DNA of 63,679 nucleotides, counting the filler, from an uncultured bacterium (GTDB lineage Bacteria; CAYUVA01), in assembly GCA_964448115.1 (NCBI GenBank). It is 3 parts of 3 records of this genome, joined end to end, with 100 filler letters (N's around TTAATTAATTAA, not from the genome) between each part and the next. Parts side by side here need not be neighbours in the genome. Positions count along the whole stretch, not along the records: positions 27,167 to 53,189 come from CAYUVA010000054.1; 2 more parts are not named here. The stretch is one strand, 5' to 3'. Shown in pieces: positions 42,464 to 51,867 of this stretch. A model generated the notes under the pieces. That model had not been told where the DNA came from. It searched no databases and worked only from the letters and a program-made list of their open reading frames with translations. The position numbers were made by a program, and so were the translations under genes. Each line of letters starts with the position of its first letter. The first letter of the stretch is position 1.

Positions 42464-43267
42464 ATGAGCCGGGAGCGGAATTCATCGGGTAGCTTAGCCA
42501 GGCGCTGCAAGGGCTGCGGGGAGCTGATCTACGAAGGCGAAATTAAGGAGAACCTACAGGTCTGCCCTCGTTGCGGGTATCACTATCGATTACCGCCTGA
42601 CCAAAGACTCCAAATGCTGCTTGATGATGGCATTTACGAGGAGCAAGATGCCGAGATAATCACTGCTGATCCCCTAAAATTCAAGGATATCATCACCTAT
42701 CGAGAGCGCCTGAAAAAGATAAGAAAATCAACCGGCAGCTCGGAGGCAATGATCACGGGGATCGGAAAGCTAGGCGACCTCGATGTTATCGTCTCAGCAA
42801 TGAACTTTTTCTTTCTGGGCGGAAGCATGGGATCGGTGGTCGGCGAGAAGCTGGTGCTGGCAGCCGAGAGGGCGATGCAGATGAGGATACCCTTGATAAG
42901 CATAATCGCAACCGGTGGTGCCAGGATGCAGGAGGGTATGGTATCGCTATCCCAGATGCCCAAGACCGCCGCCGCGGTAACCAGGCTGAAAAACGCAGGT
43001 TTGCCTTATATTACGATTCTTACCAATCCATCCATGGCCGGGGTGCTTGCCAGTTTCGCCTCCTTGGCTGATATTATAATCGCCGAGCCGGGCGCACTGA
43101 TCGGATTCACCGGACCTAGGGTCATCGAACAGACCACGGGTCAGAAACTCCCTGACCATGCCCAAGTGGCTGAATCGGTGCTCGAATATGGTATGATAGA
43201 CATGATCTGTCATAGGAAGGACCTAAGAAGCACATTAATAAGGCTTCTTGAGCTTATATTGAGCTAA
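42464..43267 (+). CDS. accD: Acetyl-CoA carboxylase carboxyltransferase beta subunit
   Basis: CxxC..CxxC zinc ribbon, GGSMGSVVGEK, GGARMQEG, AEPGALIGF.GPRVI. Confidence 0.97.
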   Translation: MSRERNSSGSLARRCKGCGELIYEGEIKENLQVCPRCGYHYRLPPDQRLQMLLDDGIYEEQDAEIITADPLKFKDIITYRERLKKIRKSTGSSEAMITGIGKLGDLDVIVSAMNFFFLGGSMGSVVGEKLVLAAERAMQMRIPLISIIATGGARMQEGMVSLSQMPKTAAAVTRLKNAGLPYITILTNPSMAGVLASFASLADIIIAEPGALIGFTGPRVIEQTTGQKLPDHAQVAESVLEYGMIDMICHRKDLRSTLIRLLELILS

Positions 43268-43273
43268 CAAAAG

Positions 43274-45862
43274 ATGTACAAAGGGGTTTTCAAATCCGAT
43301 CCCAGGCTTTTGATCATCGTTTATCTATTGACCCTGTTTATGCTTTTTCTTCGATCATATACGGTTTATGCTCAGGGTGTGATCCCTACTGGACCCATAG
43401 CCCCCACTGGAGGCGCTATACCGGCTGCTGCGGAAAAGGAGAAAAGCTCTGATATCGAGGAGGAAAAAAGAAAGCTCAAGGAAGCCTTCGAGCGTAAACA
43501 GAAGCTCTTCGAGGAGTTCGAAAAGACCGAGGAACCGCTAAGGATCTACGCGGTGAGGCAGGAGTACATGCAGGATGAGCATCTGATAATCTTGTCCGGA
43601 TATGTCGAGGTGAGCCAGCACAAGTTCTCCCTGAAAGCAGACAAGGTCATTTTCAATGAATGGACACGGGATCTTGTGGCCGAGGGGGATGTGATGGTTA
43701 AGTTCGATGAGGATACCTTCACCGGAAGTCGGCTAGAATACAACACAGCCTACCGAGTGGGTACATTGTACGATACAAGAGCGGTGGTAAAGCCGGATCT
43801 TTACCTGGAGGGGATGATCCTGAAGAAGCTCCCCCCGGATGCCAAGGACGGGGCTGATCGATACAAGATATACCGCTGTCGATTTTCGAGCTGCTCACCG
43901 GAGCCGTACTATGACTGGCACATACGATCAAGAAGCGTCTATGGACACCTGGGCAAATACCTACAGATGTATCATCCGGTTCTATATCTATGGAAGATAC
44001 CGATTGTTTATTTTCCCTACTGGGTGCATCCGATCAAGACCGAGCGCTGCACTGGCTTTATGATACCCTCTGTTGGATATTCACAAAGCCGTGGATACTA
44101 CACGAAAAACGAGTTCTTCTGGGCTGTTGCCGATAATATGGGTGCAAATTTTTACTATTCGAGCCGCAGCAAAACCGGCGATGATTATGGCGCAGACTTC
44201 GAGTATGTGTTCGCTCCCCAATCAAAAGGAGAGCTTAAGTATCGGGAGCTGCACTTTGCCGGCGATTACGGATATTTTCGCACCAAGACACAAACCTTGC
44301 TGCTTCCATCTGATATCCCCGGCAAGGTGCAATGGCTCTACTTCGAGCACCGCAACCAGCTTCCACACGATATGGATGTAAAGGCGACCATTGACTATAT
44401 CAACTACCAACTGCATGAGAGAGAATCATCGGTGGATCAATCAGACCAGGTGAATATCCTGAAGTGGGATGCGCGCAGCTATGCGGTGGTAAACAAAAGA
44501 TCAGGACTCAATAGCTATACCCTGGGATTCGAGAACTACAAGGATCTGCGCGAGTTGCCCAATACCAACATCCAGTCCCTGCCATTTATCATAGCCAGAA
44601 ACAACTACCAGAAGTTGCTGGGCACCGACTTTAACTTCTACCTCAATCTATATGCTGAAAGAGTCGAGAAGGCGAGCGTGGAATACTATCCTGATAATGC
44701 CTCGCAGCCTCGCTGGGCAGTGTGGGATACGCTTAGAAAGGAGTTTTACCATGCCAACCTCTCCGGCAAGCTGGAATATTACTTCTCACAGATACCTTGG
44801 CTTACAGTAAATCCCTATTTCCAGATCAAGGAATTCTACTGGAGCGAACGAAAGGAGTTAGAGCCTGATTTCCCATATAATACATGGGCAACCAGGCCAA
44901 CAGAGGTCGAACCGCCTGGGAACCTCGGTCTCCTGGTCAATGCAAAACATGTCGGAAACGGCTATTGGCTGGAATATTACTCGACTGGCATCTCCTTTGA
45001 GGGACCCAAGGCAATGCGCATCTTCGAGCGATCCGCAGGCGGCTACAGCAAATTCAAGCATCTGCTATACCCGCAATTGAGTTATTCCTATACTCCACTG
45101 CTGTACCTGGAGGACAACGATATACTGGACATAAGCTCCTATTACAGCATTTACCAGCAATCCAACTCCATAAGATTTTCCTTTATAAACAAGCTGATAG
45201 GCAAGAAACCGCTCCCTACCGCCAGCGACCAGGAGAAAGAAAAGAAGAAGAAGATAAAATATACCTATGATGAGATAATTAACTTCACAGTCTCCCAATC
45301 GTTCGATTTCTACAAGGAGAAAGAATACCGTCAGGCTGCCGATGATGGCGATAAGTCGAAGATGGAGCTATATCAACCGTTTTCACCCATCCAATTCCAG
45401 TTGCGGTTTTATCCTCAGCGTCAAGGGCGGATATACCTCGACGCGCAGGCATACTACAATATCTACTTTAACAGGATCCATCGCAAATCACTTATTCTCA
45501 CCTATCTTGGGGATGATTTCGAGGCTGCCATAAGCTGGATACGGGTATCTCCCATCGGCGAGTATTTTTATATCTCAGAGAGCGAGCCGATCAGCCTCGG
45601 CACCATGTTCAAGCCTTTTGACCGGCTGCGAGTGGAAGCTACCATATCGCATGACTTTATCACAAGTATTACGCCCAATGCAGGGGTGAAACTGGTCTGG
45701 CTGGCTGATTGCTGGGCGCTGGGTCTCTCATACAGAAAGACAGAGGTGAAAAACATCTACAGCGGCCAAGAGCGCAAGGATTTCGACTTCGGGATAACAT
45801 TCCACCTCAAGAACCTGGGGGATGTCGGCGAGGCGGAGATCTACCGATTCAGGGGGTATTGA
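43274..45862 (+). CDS. lptD: LPS-assembly outer-membrane protein LptD-like
   Basis: OstA-like N-terminus (ADKV, AEGDV), 'FSSC....W', 'P..Y.PY...P...R.TGF..P', C-terminal 'CWAL...L.NLG'. Confidence 0.8.
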   Translation: MYKGVFKSDPRLLIIVYLLTLFMLFLRSYTVYAQGVIPTGPIAPTGGAIPAAAEKEKSSDIEEEKRKLKEAFERKQKLFEEFEKTEEPLRIYAVRQEYMQDEHLIILSGYVEVSQHKFSLKADKVIFNEWTRDLVAEGDVMVKFDEDTFTGSRLEYNTAYRVGTLYDTRAVVKPDLYLEGMILKKLPPDAKDGADRYKIYRCRFSSCSPEPYYDWHIRSRSVYGHLGKYLQMYHPVLYLWKIPIVYFPYWVHPIKTERCTGFMIPSVGYSQSRGYYTKNEFFWAVADNMGANFYYSSRSKTGDDYGADFEYVFAPQSKGELKYRELHFAGDYGYFRTKTQTLLLPSDIPGKVQWLYFEHRNQLPHDMDVKATIDYINYQLHERESSVDQSDQVNILKWDARSYAVVNKRSGLNSYTLGFENYKDLRELPNTNIQSLPFIIARNNYQKLLGTDFNFYLNLYAERVEKASVEYYPDNASQPRWAVWDTLRKEFYHANLSGKLEYYFSQIPWLTVNPYFQIKEFYWSERKELEPDFPYNTWATRPTEVEPPGNLGLLVNAKHVGNGYWLEYYSTGISFEGPKAMRIFERSAGGYSKFKHLLYPQLSYSYTPLLYLEDNDILDISSYYSIYQQSNSIRFSFINKLIGKKPLPTASDQEKEKKKKIKYTYDEIINFTVSQSFDFYKEKEYRQAADDGDKSKMELYQPFSPIQFQLRFYPQRQGRIYLDAQAYYNIYFNRIHRKSLILTYLGDDFEAAISWIRVSPIGEYFYISESEPISLGTMFKPFDRLRVEATISHDFITSITPNAGVKLVWLADCWALGLSYRKTEVKNIYSGQERKDFDFGITFHLKNLGDVGEAEIYRFRGY

Positions 45863-45867
45863 TAAAG

Positions 45868-46539
45868 ATGCACCGGGCAGACTATGTAACCAGGGAAAGC
45901 CTTGAAGAAAAGACGGCTGAGTGGCTTGAAAAAGCCTATGAATACAGTCCAAGACGAAGATATCTTAAGCTCGACCCGGCAAGATGTGCCCTGTTGGTCA
46001 TCGATATGGTTAAATACTTTGCGGATCCTGGCGGCCGTAATTACCTGCCGGCAACCCATGCCATCATCCCCAATATAAAAAGGATAGCCGAGAGTTTCAG
46101 AGCGCTAGGCTCACCGATCATCTTCACTAGGCACTGTCACCAGGGAGAGCATGACCTGGGGATGCTAGGTAAGTTCTTCTCCGACTACATCCGCTGCCAT
46201 CAACCAGAGTCTCAGATCATCCACCAGCTAGAACCGACCGACCATGATGTGGTTATGACAAAGAACACATACGATGCGTTTCACAATACCGAACTGGAGA
46301 AAAGGTTACTTGATTGGGGGATAGATCAAGTCCTGATAACCGGGTGTTTGACGCATCTTTGTTGCGAGACCGCTGCCCGATCAGCGTTTGTGCGAGGATT
46401 CGAGGTTTACCTGGTGGCTGACGGCACTGCATCAAGCATGGAGCTATTCCATGTAAACTCCCTGATATCGCTTGCCAACGGCTTCGCGGTGATTCTGGAT
46501 AGCGAGGGGGTAATCCAGGCTTGCAACCTGCGGAAATAG
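45868..46539 (+). CDS. Isochorismatase/cysteine hydrolase family protein
   Basis: ALLVIDM, K..YDAF..T.L, G.LTHLCCETAARSAF; start ATG 45868. Confidence 0.9.
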   Translation: MHRADYVTRESLEEKTAEWLEKAYEYSPRRRYLKLDPARCALLVIDMVKYFADPGGRNYLPATHAIIPNIKRIAESFRALGSPIIFTRHCHQGEHDLGMLGKFFSDYIRCHQPESQIIHQLEPTDHDVVMTKNTYDAFHNTELEKRLLDWGIDQVLITGCLTHLCCETAARSAFVRGFEVYLVADGTASSMELFHVNSLISLANGFAVILDSEGVIQACNLRK

Positions 46540-47417
46540 TGGTTATCGGGGCTGGACCTGCTGGCTGCAGCGCCGCGATCCAGTGCAAGCGCCTGGGATA
46601 TAATCCGCTTCTCATCGATAGCAGCGGTAAGGCTGGCGGGCTTATATACAATGCATTTTGCGTGGAGAATTATCCCGGCTTGCCGAAGAGAACTAGCGGC
46701 ATAGATCTGGCAAAAAGATTTAACGAGCACTTGGAGCGCTTTGATATTGGTATCTCCAAGCACACCGTCCATAAGATCGAGCTTAGGGAACATCGGTTTT
46801 TAATCTCTCACCATCTCGGCGAGATAGAGGCTTCATCGGTAATAATCGCCTGCGGCACCAAGCCAAAGCCACTTCTCATTCCTGGAGCTGAAATGCCTGG
46901 CGGAAAAAAGCTATTTTATGAGGTAAGAGAACTCGATGGCTTTGATATAAAGACCTGTGCGATCATTGGCGGAGGAGAGGCTGCCTTTGATTACGCGCTT
47001 TCCCTTTCAGGGAGAATGGAGTCGGTAAACATCTTTTATCGGGGCGATCATCCCAGGTTACGAGGAAGGCTTAGATACATGGTCGAAGCTTGTGCCAATA
47101 TCGACCTGTATCCCAGGCATAAACCTAGGTCCATTGCTGTTAAAAAAGATAAGGTGGTGGTATCATTCGAGGCTGATCGGCGAACATTAGATTACAAGAC
47201 CGATGCGGTGCTGGTAGCTATCGGTCGAACAAGCAGGTTGCCGGAGCTGCTTGGAGATCGGGGAAGCTATTCTAAAGTCAATGGAATAGTGCTAGGACCG
47301 GGAATGTTTGCTATTGGAGATGCCAGGCTCGGCAGCCTTGGACAGGTCGGGATCGCAGTCGGCGATGGATTACAGGCAGCAAGGTTAGCTGTTGAGTACC
47401 TGGAGAGCATAAGATGA
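46521..47417 (+). CDS. TrxB-like FAD/NAD(P)H oxidoreductase lacking the CxxC motif
   Basis: IGAGPAG, ENYPG, IGGGEAA.D.A, FAIGD; 'LFYEVRELDG' sits where TrxB has CATCDG. Confidence 0.8.
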   Translation: MQPAEIVVIGAGPAGCSAAIQCKRLGYNPLLIDSSGKAGGLIYNAFCVENYPGLPKRTSGIDLAKRFNEHLERFDIGISKHTVHKIELREHRFLISHHLGEIEASSVIIACGTKPKPLLIPGAEMPGGKKLFYEVRELDGFDIKTCAIIGGGEAAFDYALSLSGRMESVNIFYRGDHPRLRGRLRYMVEACANIDLYPRHKPRSIAVKKDKVVVSFEADRRTLDYKTDAVLVAIGRTSRLPELLGDRGSYSKVNGIVLGPGMFAIGDARLGSLGQVGIAVGDGLQAARLAVEYLESIR

Positions 47418-48328
47418 ACACGCTTCGAGTTACATATAAAAAAGGTGATGAAGATCTCGCTTATGTGTATGTAGCGTGCCTCGCCAAGGGCGGCGAGATC
47501 GAGTTCGTGGAATCTATACAGCCGCCGCTTCCCAGGGAACAAAAGTGGGTACTGATCGTCTCCAGCCTGAGAGGCTGCCCGATTTCATGCCCTATATGCG
47601 ATGCGGGGGGGGATTATCAGGGGAGGCTATCAGCAGATGAGATACTCGCACAGATAGACTATCTCATTCGAGCCAGATATCCAGATGGCAAGGTTCCGAT
47701 CCCCAAACTAAAGATCCAGTTCGCTCGCCTGGGCGACCCGGCTTTGAATGATGATGTGCTCGATGTTCTCGAAAGGCTCCCTGAACTGTATGATGCGCCC
47801 GGCACCATGCCATGCATCTCCACCATCGCCCCCTGCGGAAGGGACGATTTTTTCGAGAGGTTGCTTCGGGTAAAAGATCGGCTTTACCCTGAAGGCAAGT
47901 TCCAGATGCAATTCTCCATGCATACAACCGACGAGAGATTACGCAATCGACTCATTCCAACCAAGATATGGAGCTTTGAACAGATAGCTGATTATGGCAG
48001 CAGGTTTGTCAGAGCCAATGATCGCAAGATTGCCTTGAATTTCGCTACCCCAGTCGGATTCCCCCTGGAAGCATCCGAGCTTATCAGGTATTTCGATCCT
48101 CGAACCTTCTTAATCAAGCTGACCCCTGTCAACCCGACCCTCTCAAGCAGGCGAAATGGACTAACTGGGCTTATCGATCCTGCCAATCCAGATCTATGTG
48201 AATCGGTAGCCGCAGCGTTTAAGGAGGCAGGCTACGAGACCATCCTGAGCATCGGCGAGCCTAGAGAAAATGAGATCGGCTCCAACTGCGGTATGTACCT
48301 AAAAGCAGAGATGCCAGGTAGGGCTTGA
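47414..48328 (+). CDS. RlmN/Cfr-like radical SAM protein (short, atypical)
   Basis: 'SS..GCPISCPIC' CX3CX2C, ARLGDP, S.H....R..L.P, C-terminal 'IGSNCG'. Confidence 0.8.
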   Translation: MNTLRVTYKKGDEDLAYVYVACLAKGGEIEFVESIQPPLPREQKWVLIVSSLRGCPISCPICDAGGDYQGRLSADEILAQIDYLIRARYPDGKVPIPKLKIQFARLGDPALNDDVLDVLERLPELYDAPGTMPCISTIAPCGRDDFFERLLRVKDRLYPEGKFQMQFSMHTTDERLRNRLIPTKIWSFEQIADYGSRFVRANDRKIALNFATPVGFPLEASELIRYFDPRTFLIKLTPVNPTLSSRRNGLTGLIDPANPDLCESVAAAFKEAGYETILSIGEPRENEIGSNCGMYLKAEMPGRA

Positions 48329-48382
48329 TGATGATTTGACACATCAAGCCATGAACTCATAAAATTGCCATAGTTCGGAAAG

Positions 48383-50272
48383 ATGCTCTTTAAGAATAAA
48401 CAAGCAATCCACAAGAAACAGATCGACATAACCATGAGCAATCGCAGCCCCTTGATCGGATTAATGGTATTTTCGGTCGTGCTAGTGTTTTCTCATAACC
48501 CAATAACGAGCGAAACTCACATTAACTGGCATCAATGGAATAATGAGACTTTGCTAAAGGCATCCAAGGCTAACAAGCCGATTCTGATGTTCATCAGCAA
48601 CCCCTGGTGTTCATGGTGTCGCATGATGGATGAAGAGACATTAAAGGACTCCAGGGTTGTCGAATTTATAAACGCCAATTTTATTGCCGTAAAAGTCGAT
48701 TCCGAAAAGAATCCAGCAGTTGCCTACCGCTACCTCACTGGATACTTTCCCACCCTCGCCTTCTTGACTGCGCAGGGGGATACATTCGATGCGATTAGCT
48801 ATGGTTCCCCGGAGCTTATAATCAAGGAAGCGAAACGGCGCCTGGAGATGTATCATGCTGGTGATGAAACGCTCATCGAGGGAAAAAAGAAGTATCGAGA
48901 GCGGTTTGAGATGAAACAACTCACTGTCGGCGATAAGGAGGCTGACCAGGGCACGGTTAGCAGGATCGAGTTCAAGCTGGTGAGCAGCTATGACCGGGCT
49001 CACGGTGGCTTCGAGCGCAATCGTTTCCGCTCCAAGTTCACCCATGGTGATATCTTGCAGTATATCTTGTATCTCTACCAGGCGAAAAACCACGAGATCA
49101 TGAAGCGAATAGCGGAGAAAACCATGGACACCATGATAAGCTCGGAAATATATGACCTGAATCATGGTGGATTCTTCCGCAGCGCCACCTATGATTGGAC
49201 AAAGCCACACTATGAGAAGCTACTTTTGGATAATCTGAACACGGCAAAGGCTTACCTGATCGCTTGGCAGAACACCGGCAAGGAGAGCTACCTTAAGACG
49301 GCTAATAAAACCCTGGGATTCATCCAAGAGCGCCTCTATGACCAATCTAGCGGGCTTTTCTATAACAGCCAGGTCTCCGATGAAAAATACTATGCCCTAC
49401 CAGCGGATAAAAGACTCGAAGCCCCCTTACCACCGGTAAGCGATCTTGTCATCGTGGCGAATAACGCAGTTGCTGCTCGGGTTTTACTTTATGCCTCAGC
49501 CCTGTTGGATGATGCCCAGCTTAGGGTGATCGCCTTTCGGATACTCGGCGCGCTGGAAAGGGAAGCGTACATTGAGGGTAAGGGTTACAAACACTCAATC
49601 AATGGCAAATTGAATTACATTTACCTTGCGGATCAGGTGCAGGTAGCCTTAGCTCTACTGGAAGCTTACTACTTCACACTTGATAGGAGATACTTGGATA
49701 GATGCAGGCAGTTGGCTGATTATATATGGGAGAACTTCCATGATCTCGAATCGGGAGGATTGAGCGATTACAGTTCTACAGTGCCACAGCCAGGCTGGAT
49801 GGGGACCAAACTGATAAGGCTCCCTGAAAACGCGGCTGCTGCCTATTTATACCTGCACCTGGGGGATATTTTGAATAACAAAGATTATCTTCAGCGTGGA
49901 GAAAGGTTGTGCGATCTATTGACTACCGATATGGAGCGGCTGCGTATTACATCCCTGATGGAGTATGCCTGGGCACTGGATAGGCTATGCTTCAAGCCGG
50001 TCGAATTCATTATTTATAACTCAAAGGGAAAACAATACGGTAAAAATATGCTAAGATACATCGCCTCCATAATAGAGCCGAAAAAGAGGATATTATTCAG
50101 GGAAGATCTGCCCGTGGATTACCTGGCTGATAACAACTTGACTCTGCCAAAAGGCGAAGGCTTCGTAGTGGTAAGGGTGGGCGATGAAATCTCGTCGCCT
50201 GCTGATGATTATCAACAATTGTTAAAGCAATACAAGGAGGTAGCGATAAATGCCTACAAGAGAGAGCAATAA
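48383..50272 (+). CDS. DUF255/YyaL-like thioredoxin plus alpha/alpha-toroid protein, probably exported
   Basis: WCSWC..M..ET, KVD, YD..HGGF, HGGFFR, PHYEKLL.DN. Confidence 0.85.
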   Translation: MLFKNKQAIHKKQIDITMSNRSPLIGLMVFSVVLVFSHNPITSETHINWHQWNNETLLKASKANKPILMFISNPWCSWCRMMDEETLKDSRVVEFINANFIAVKVDSEKNPAVAYRYLTGYFPTLAFLTAQGDTFDAISYGSPELIIKEAKRRLEMYHAGDETLIEGKKKYRERFEMKQLTVGDKEADQGTVSRIEFKLVSSYDRAHGGFERNRFRSKFTHGDILQYILYLYQAKNHEIMKRIAEKTMDTMISSEIYDLNHGGFFRSATYDWTKPHYEKLLLDNLNTAKAYLIAWQNTGKESYLKTANKTLGFIQERLYDQSSGLFYNSQVSDEKYYALPADKRLEAPLPPVSDLVIVANNAVAARVLLYASALLDDAQLRVIAFRILGALEREAYIEGKGYKHSINGKLNYIYLADQVQVALALLEAYYFTLDRRYLDRCRQLADYIWENFHDLESGGLSDYSSTVPQPGWMGTKLIRLPENAAAAYLYLHLGDILNNKDYLQRGERLCDLLTTDMERLRITSLMEYAWALDRLCFKPVEFIIYNSKGKQYGKNMLRYIASIIEPKKRILFREDLPVDYLADNNLTLPKGEGFVVVRVGDEISSPADDYQQLLKQYKEVAINAYKREQ

Positions 50273-51014
50273 ATGGTGGACACTATCGATGCTCATACTA
50301 TCGCTCTGTGCTGTAATTGCCGTTCTGCTCGTAATGCCCCAGCCGACATCCTGCTCGGATACGAGCAAGATGAGCCTCGATTACAATAGCCAGCGGATTC
50401 GCATGGTAAAAACCCAGATCGGAGCCAGGGGTGTCAAGGATGAAAGGGTGCTGGAAGCTATGAGAACCGTTCCCCGCCACCAGTTCGTGCCCCAATATAA
50501 TCGAGACCGATCTTACGGTGATTACCCGCTTCCCATCGGCAAGGGACAGACCATCTCGCAACCATACATCGTGGCACTGATGACCGAGCTTCTACATCCC
50601 AAGAGAGACCATAAAGTGCTGGAGATCGGCACCGGCTCCGGCTACCAGGCGGCAGTGCTAAGCCACCTGGTGAGCAAGGTCTATACCATCGAGATAATCC
50701 CTGAGCTTAGCCATCGCGCGCAAGAGACCCTGAAAAAGCTCGGCTATGACAATATCGAGTTCAAGATAGGCGATGGCTACCGGGGGTGGAAGGAACATGC
50801 CCCCTTTGATGGGATCATAGTAACCGCAGCCCCTGACCACATCCCTGAACCCCTCATTGAGCAGCTGGCAGTCGGCGGCAGAATGGTTATACCAGTCGGG
50901 AAATGGTACCAGAAGCTGGTGGTCGTAAGAAAGACAGAGAATGGCATCGAAAAGGAGGATATCATCCCGGTCTCCTTTGTCCCTATGACCGGCGAGGCAC
51001 AGGAGAAGAAATAG
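50250..51014 (+). CDS. pcm: Protein-L-isoaspartate O-methyltransferase with N-terminal hydrophobic segment
   Basis: VPRH.FVP, GQTISQPY, VLEIGTGSGYQAA, GDGY.GW..APFD.I.VTAA, FVPM. Confidence 0.95.
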   Translation: MPTRESNKWWTLSMLILSLCAVIAVLLVMPQPTSCSDTSKMSLDYNSQRIRMVKTQIGARGVKDERVLEAMRTVPRHQFVPQYNRDRSYGDYPLPIGKGQTISQPYIVALMTELLHPKRDHKVLEIGTGSGYQAAVLSHLVSKVYTIEIIPELSHRAQETLKKLGYDNIEFKIGDGYRGWKEHAPFDGIIVTAAPDHIPEPLIEQLAVGGRMVIPVGKWYQKLVVVRKTENGIEKEDIIPVSFVPMTGEAQEKK

Positions 51015-51044
51015 GCTTGAGGGTGAAATGCCAAGACATAAAAA

Positions 51045-51779
51045 GTGCACAACTATAAACTTGTGATCGAGTACGATGGCGCCGACTTTGCCGGCTGGCA
51101 GATACAACCTGACCAGCGAACCGTGCAGGGAGAGCTCCAGGGAGCGCTTCGGGTAATTGCCGGGGAACAGATAAAACTGTCCGGTGCTAGTCGCACAGAT
51201 GCCGGCGTCCATGCCTTGGGGCAGGTTGCCAACTTCAAGACCAACAAGAAGCTGCACCCCCTGCGTATCCTAAAAGGCGTCAATGCGCTGAGCGGCGATG
51301 ATGTCCAGGTAGTTGATGTCAGCCTGGTTGATCCCGAATTTCATGCCCGCTTCAGCGCAAAGGGAAAGACATATCGATATCATATTCTGAACCGACAGGC
51401 GCCTAGCGCTATATACAGGAACAGATGCTGGCACATCCCATTTAGCCTGGATATACTCCCGATGTCAAAGGCAGCGGAGTTTCTGATTGGAGTCCACGAT
51501 TTCTCCAGCTTTCAAGCCTCAGCCTGCGATGCGCCCAGCCCGGTTAGAGAGATCAACCAAGTAAACATCAGGCGAGAAGAGGATTTTATAATCATCGATA
51601 TCACAGCCAATGCCTTCTTGAACAAGATGGCGCGCAACATTGTCGGAGCATTGGTACAGGCTGGCGCAGGGAAGATACCGCCGGAGGGGATCAAAGAGCT
51701 ATTGGAAAAAAAAGATAGAACCGTTGCCCCTCCCACCGCGCCGGCAACCGGTTTAACCCTTCTTGAGGTGCACTACTGA
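51045..51779 (+). CDS. truA: tRNA pseudouridine(38-40) synthase
   Basis: YDG..F.GWQ, SRTDAGVHA.GQV, FHARFSA..K.Y.Y, HDFSSF, TAPA.GL.L. Confidence 0.97.
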   Translation: MHNYKLVIEYDGADFAGWQIQPDQRTVQGELQGALRVIAGEQIKLSGASRTDAGVHALGQVANFKTNKKLHPLRILKGVNALSGDDVQVVDVSLVDPEFHARFSAKGKTYRYHILNRQAPSAIYRNRCWHIPFSLDILPMSKAAEFLIGVHDFSSFQASACDAPSPVREINQVNIRREEDFIIIDITANAFLNKMARNIVGALVQAGAGKIPPEGIKELLEKKDRTVAPPTAPATGLTLLEVHY

Positions 51780-51867
51780 GCAACCCTTGATATCTCGAAC
51801 CGTGGCTATCATGCAAAGGCTCTGAAACGAGTCTTATCCAAGTACACGAAGTTACCTTTCCCGCTTG

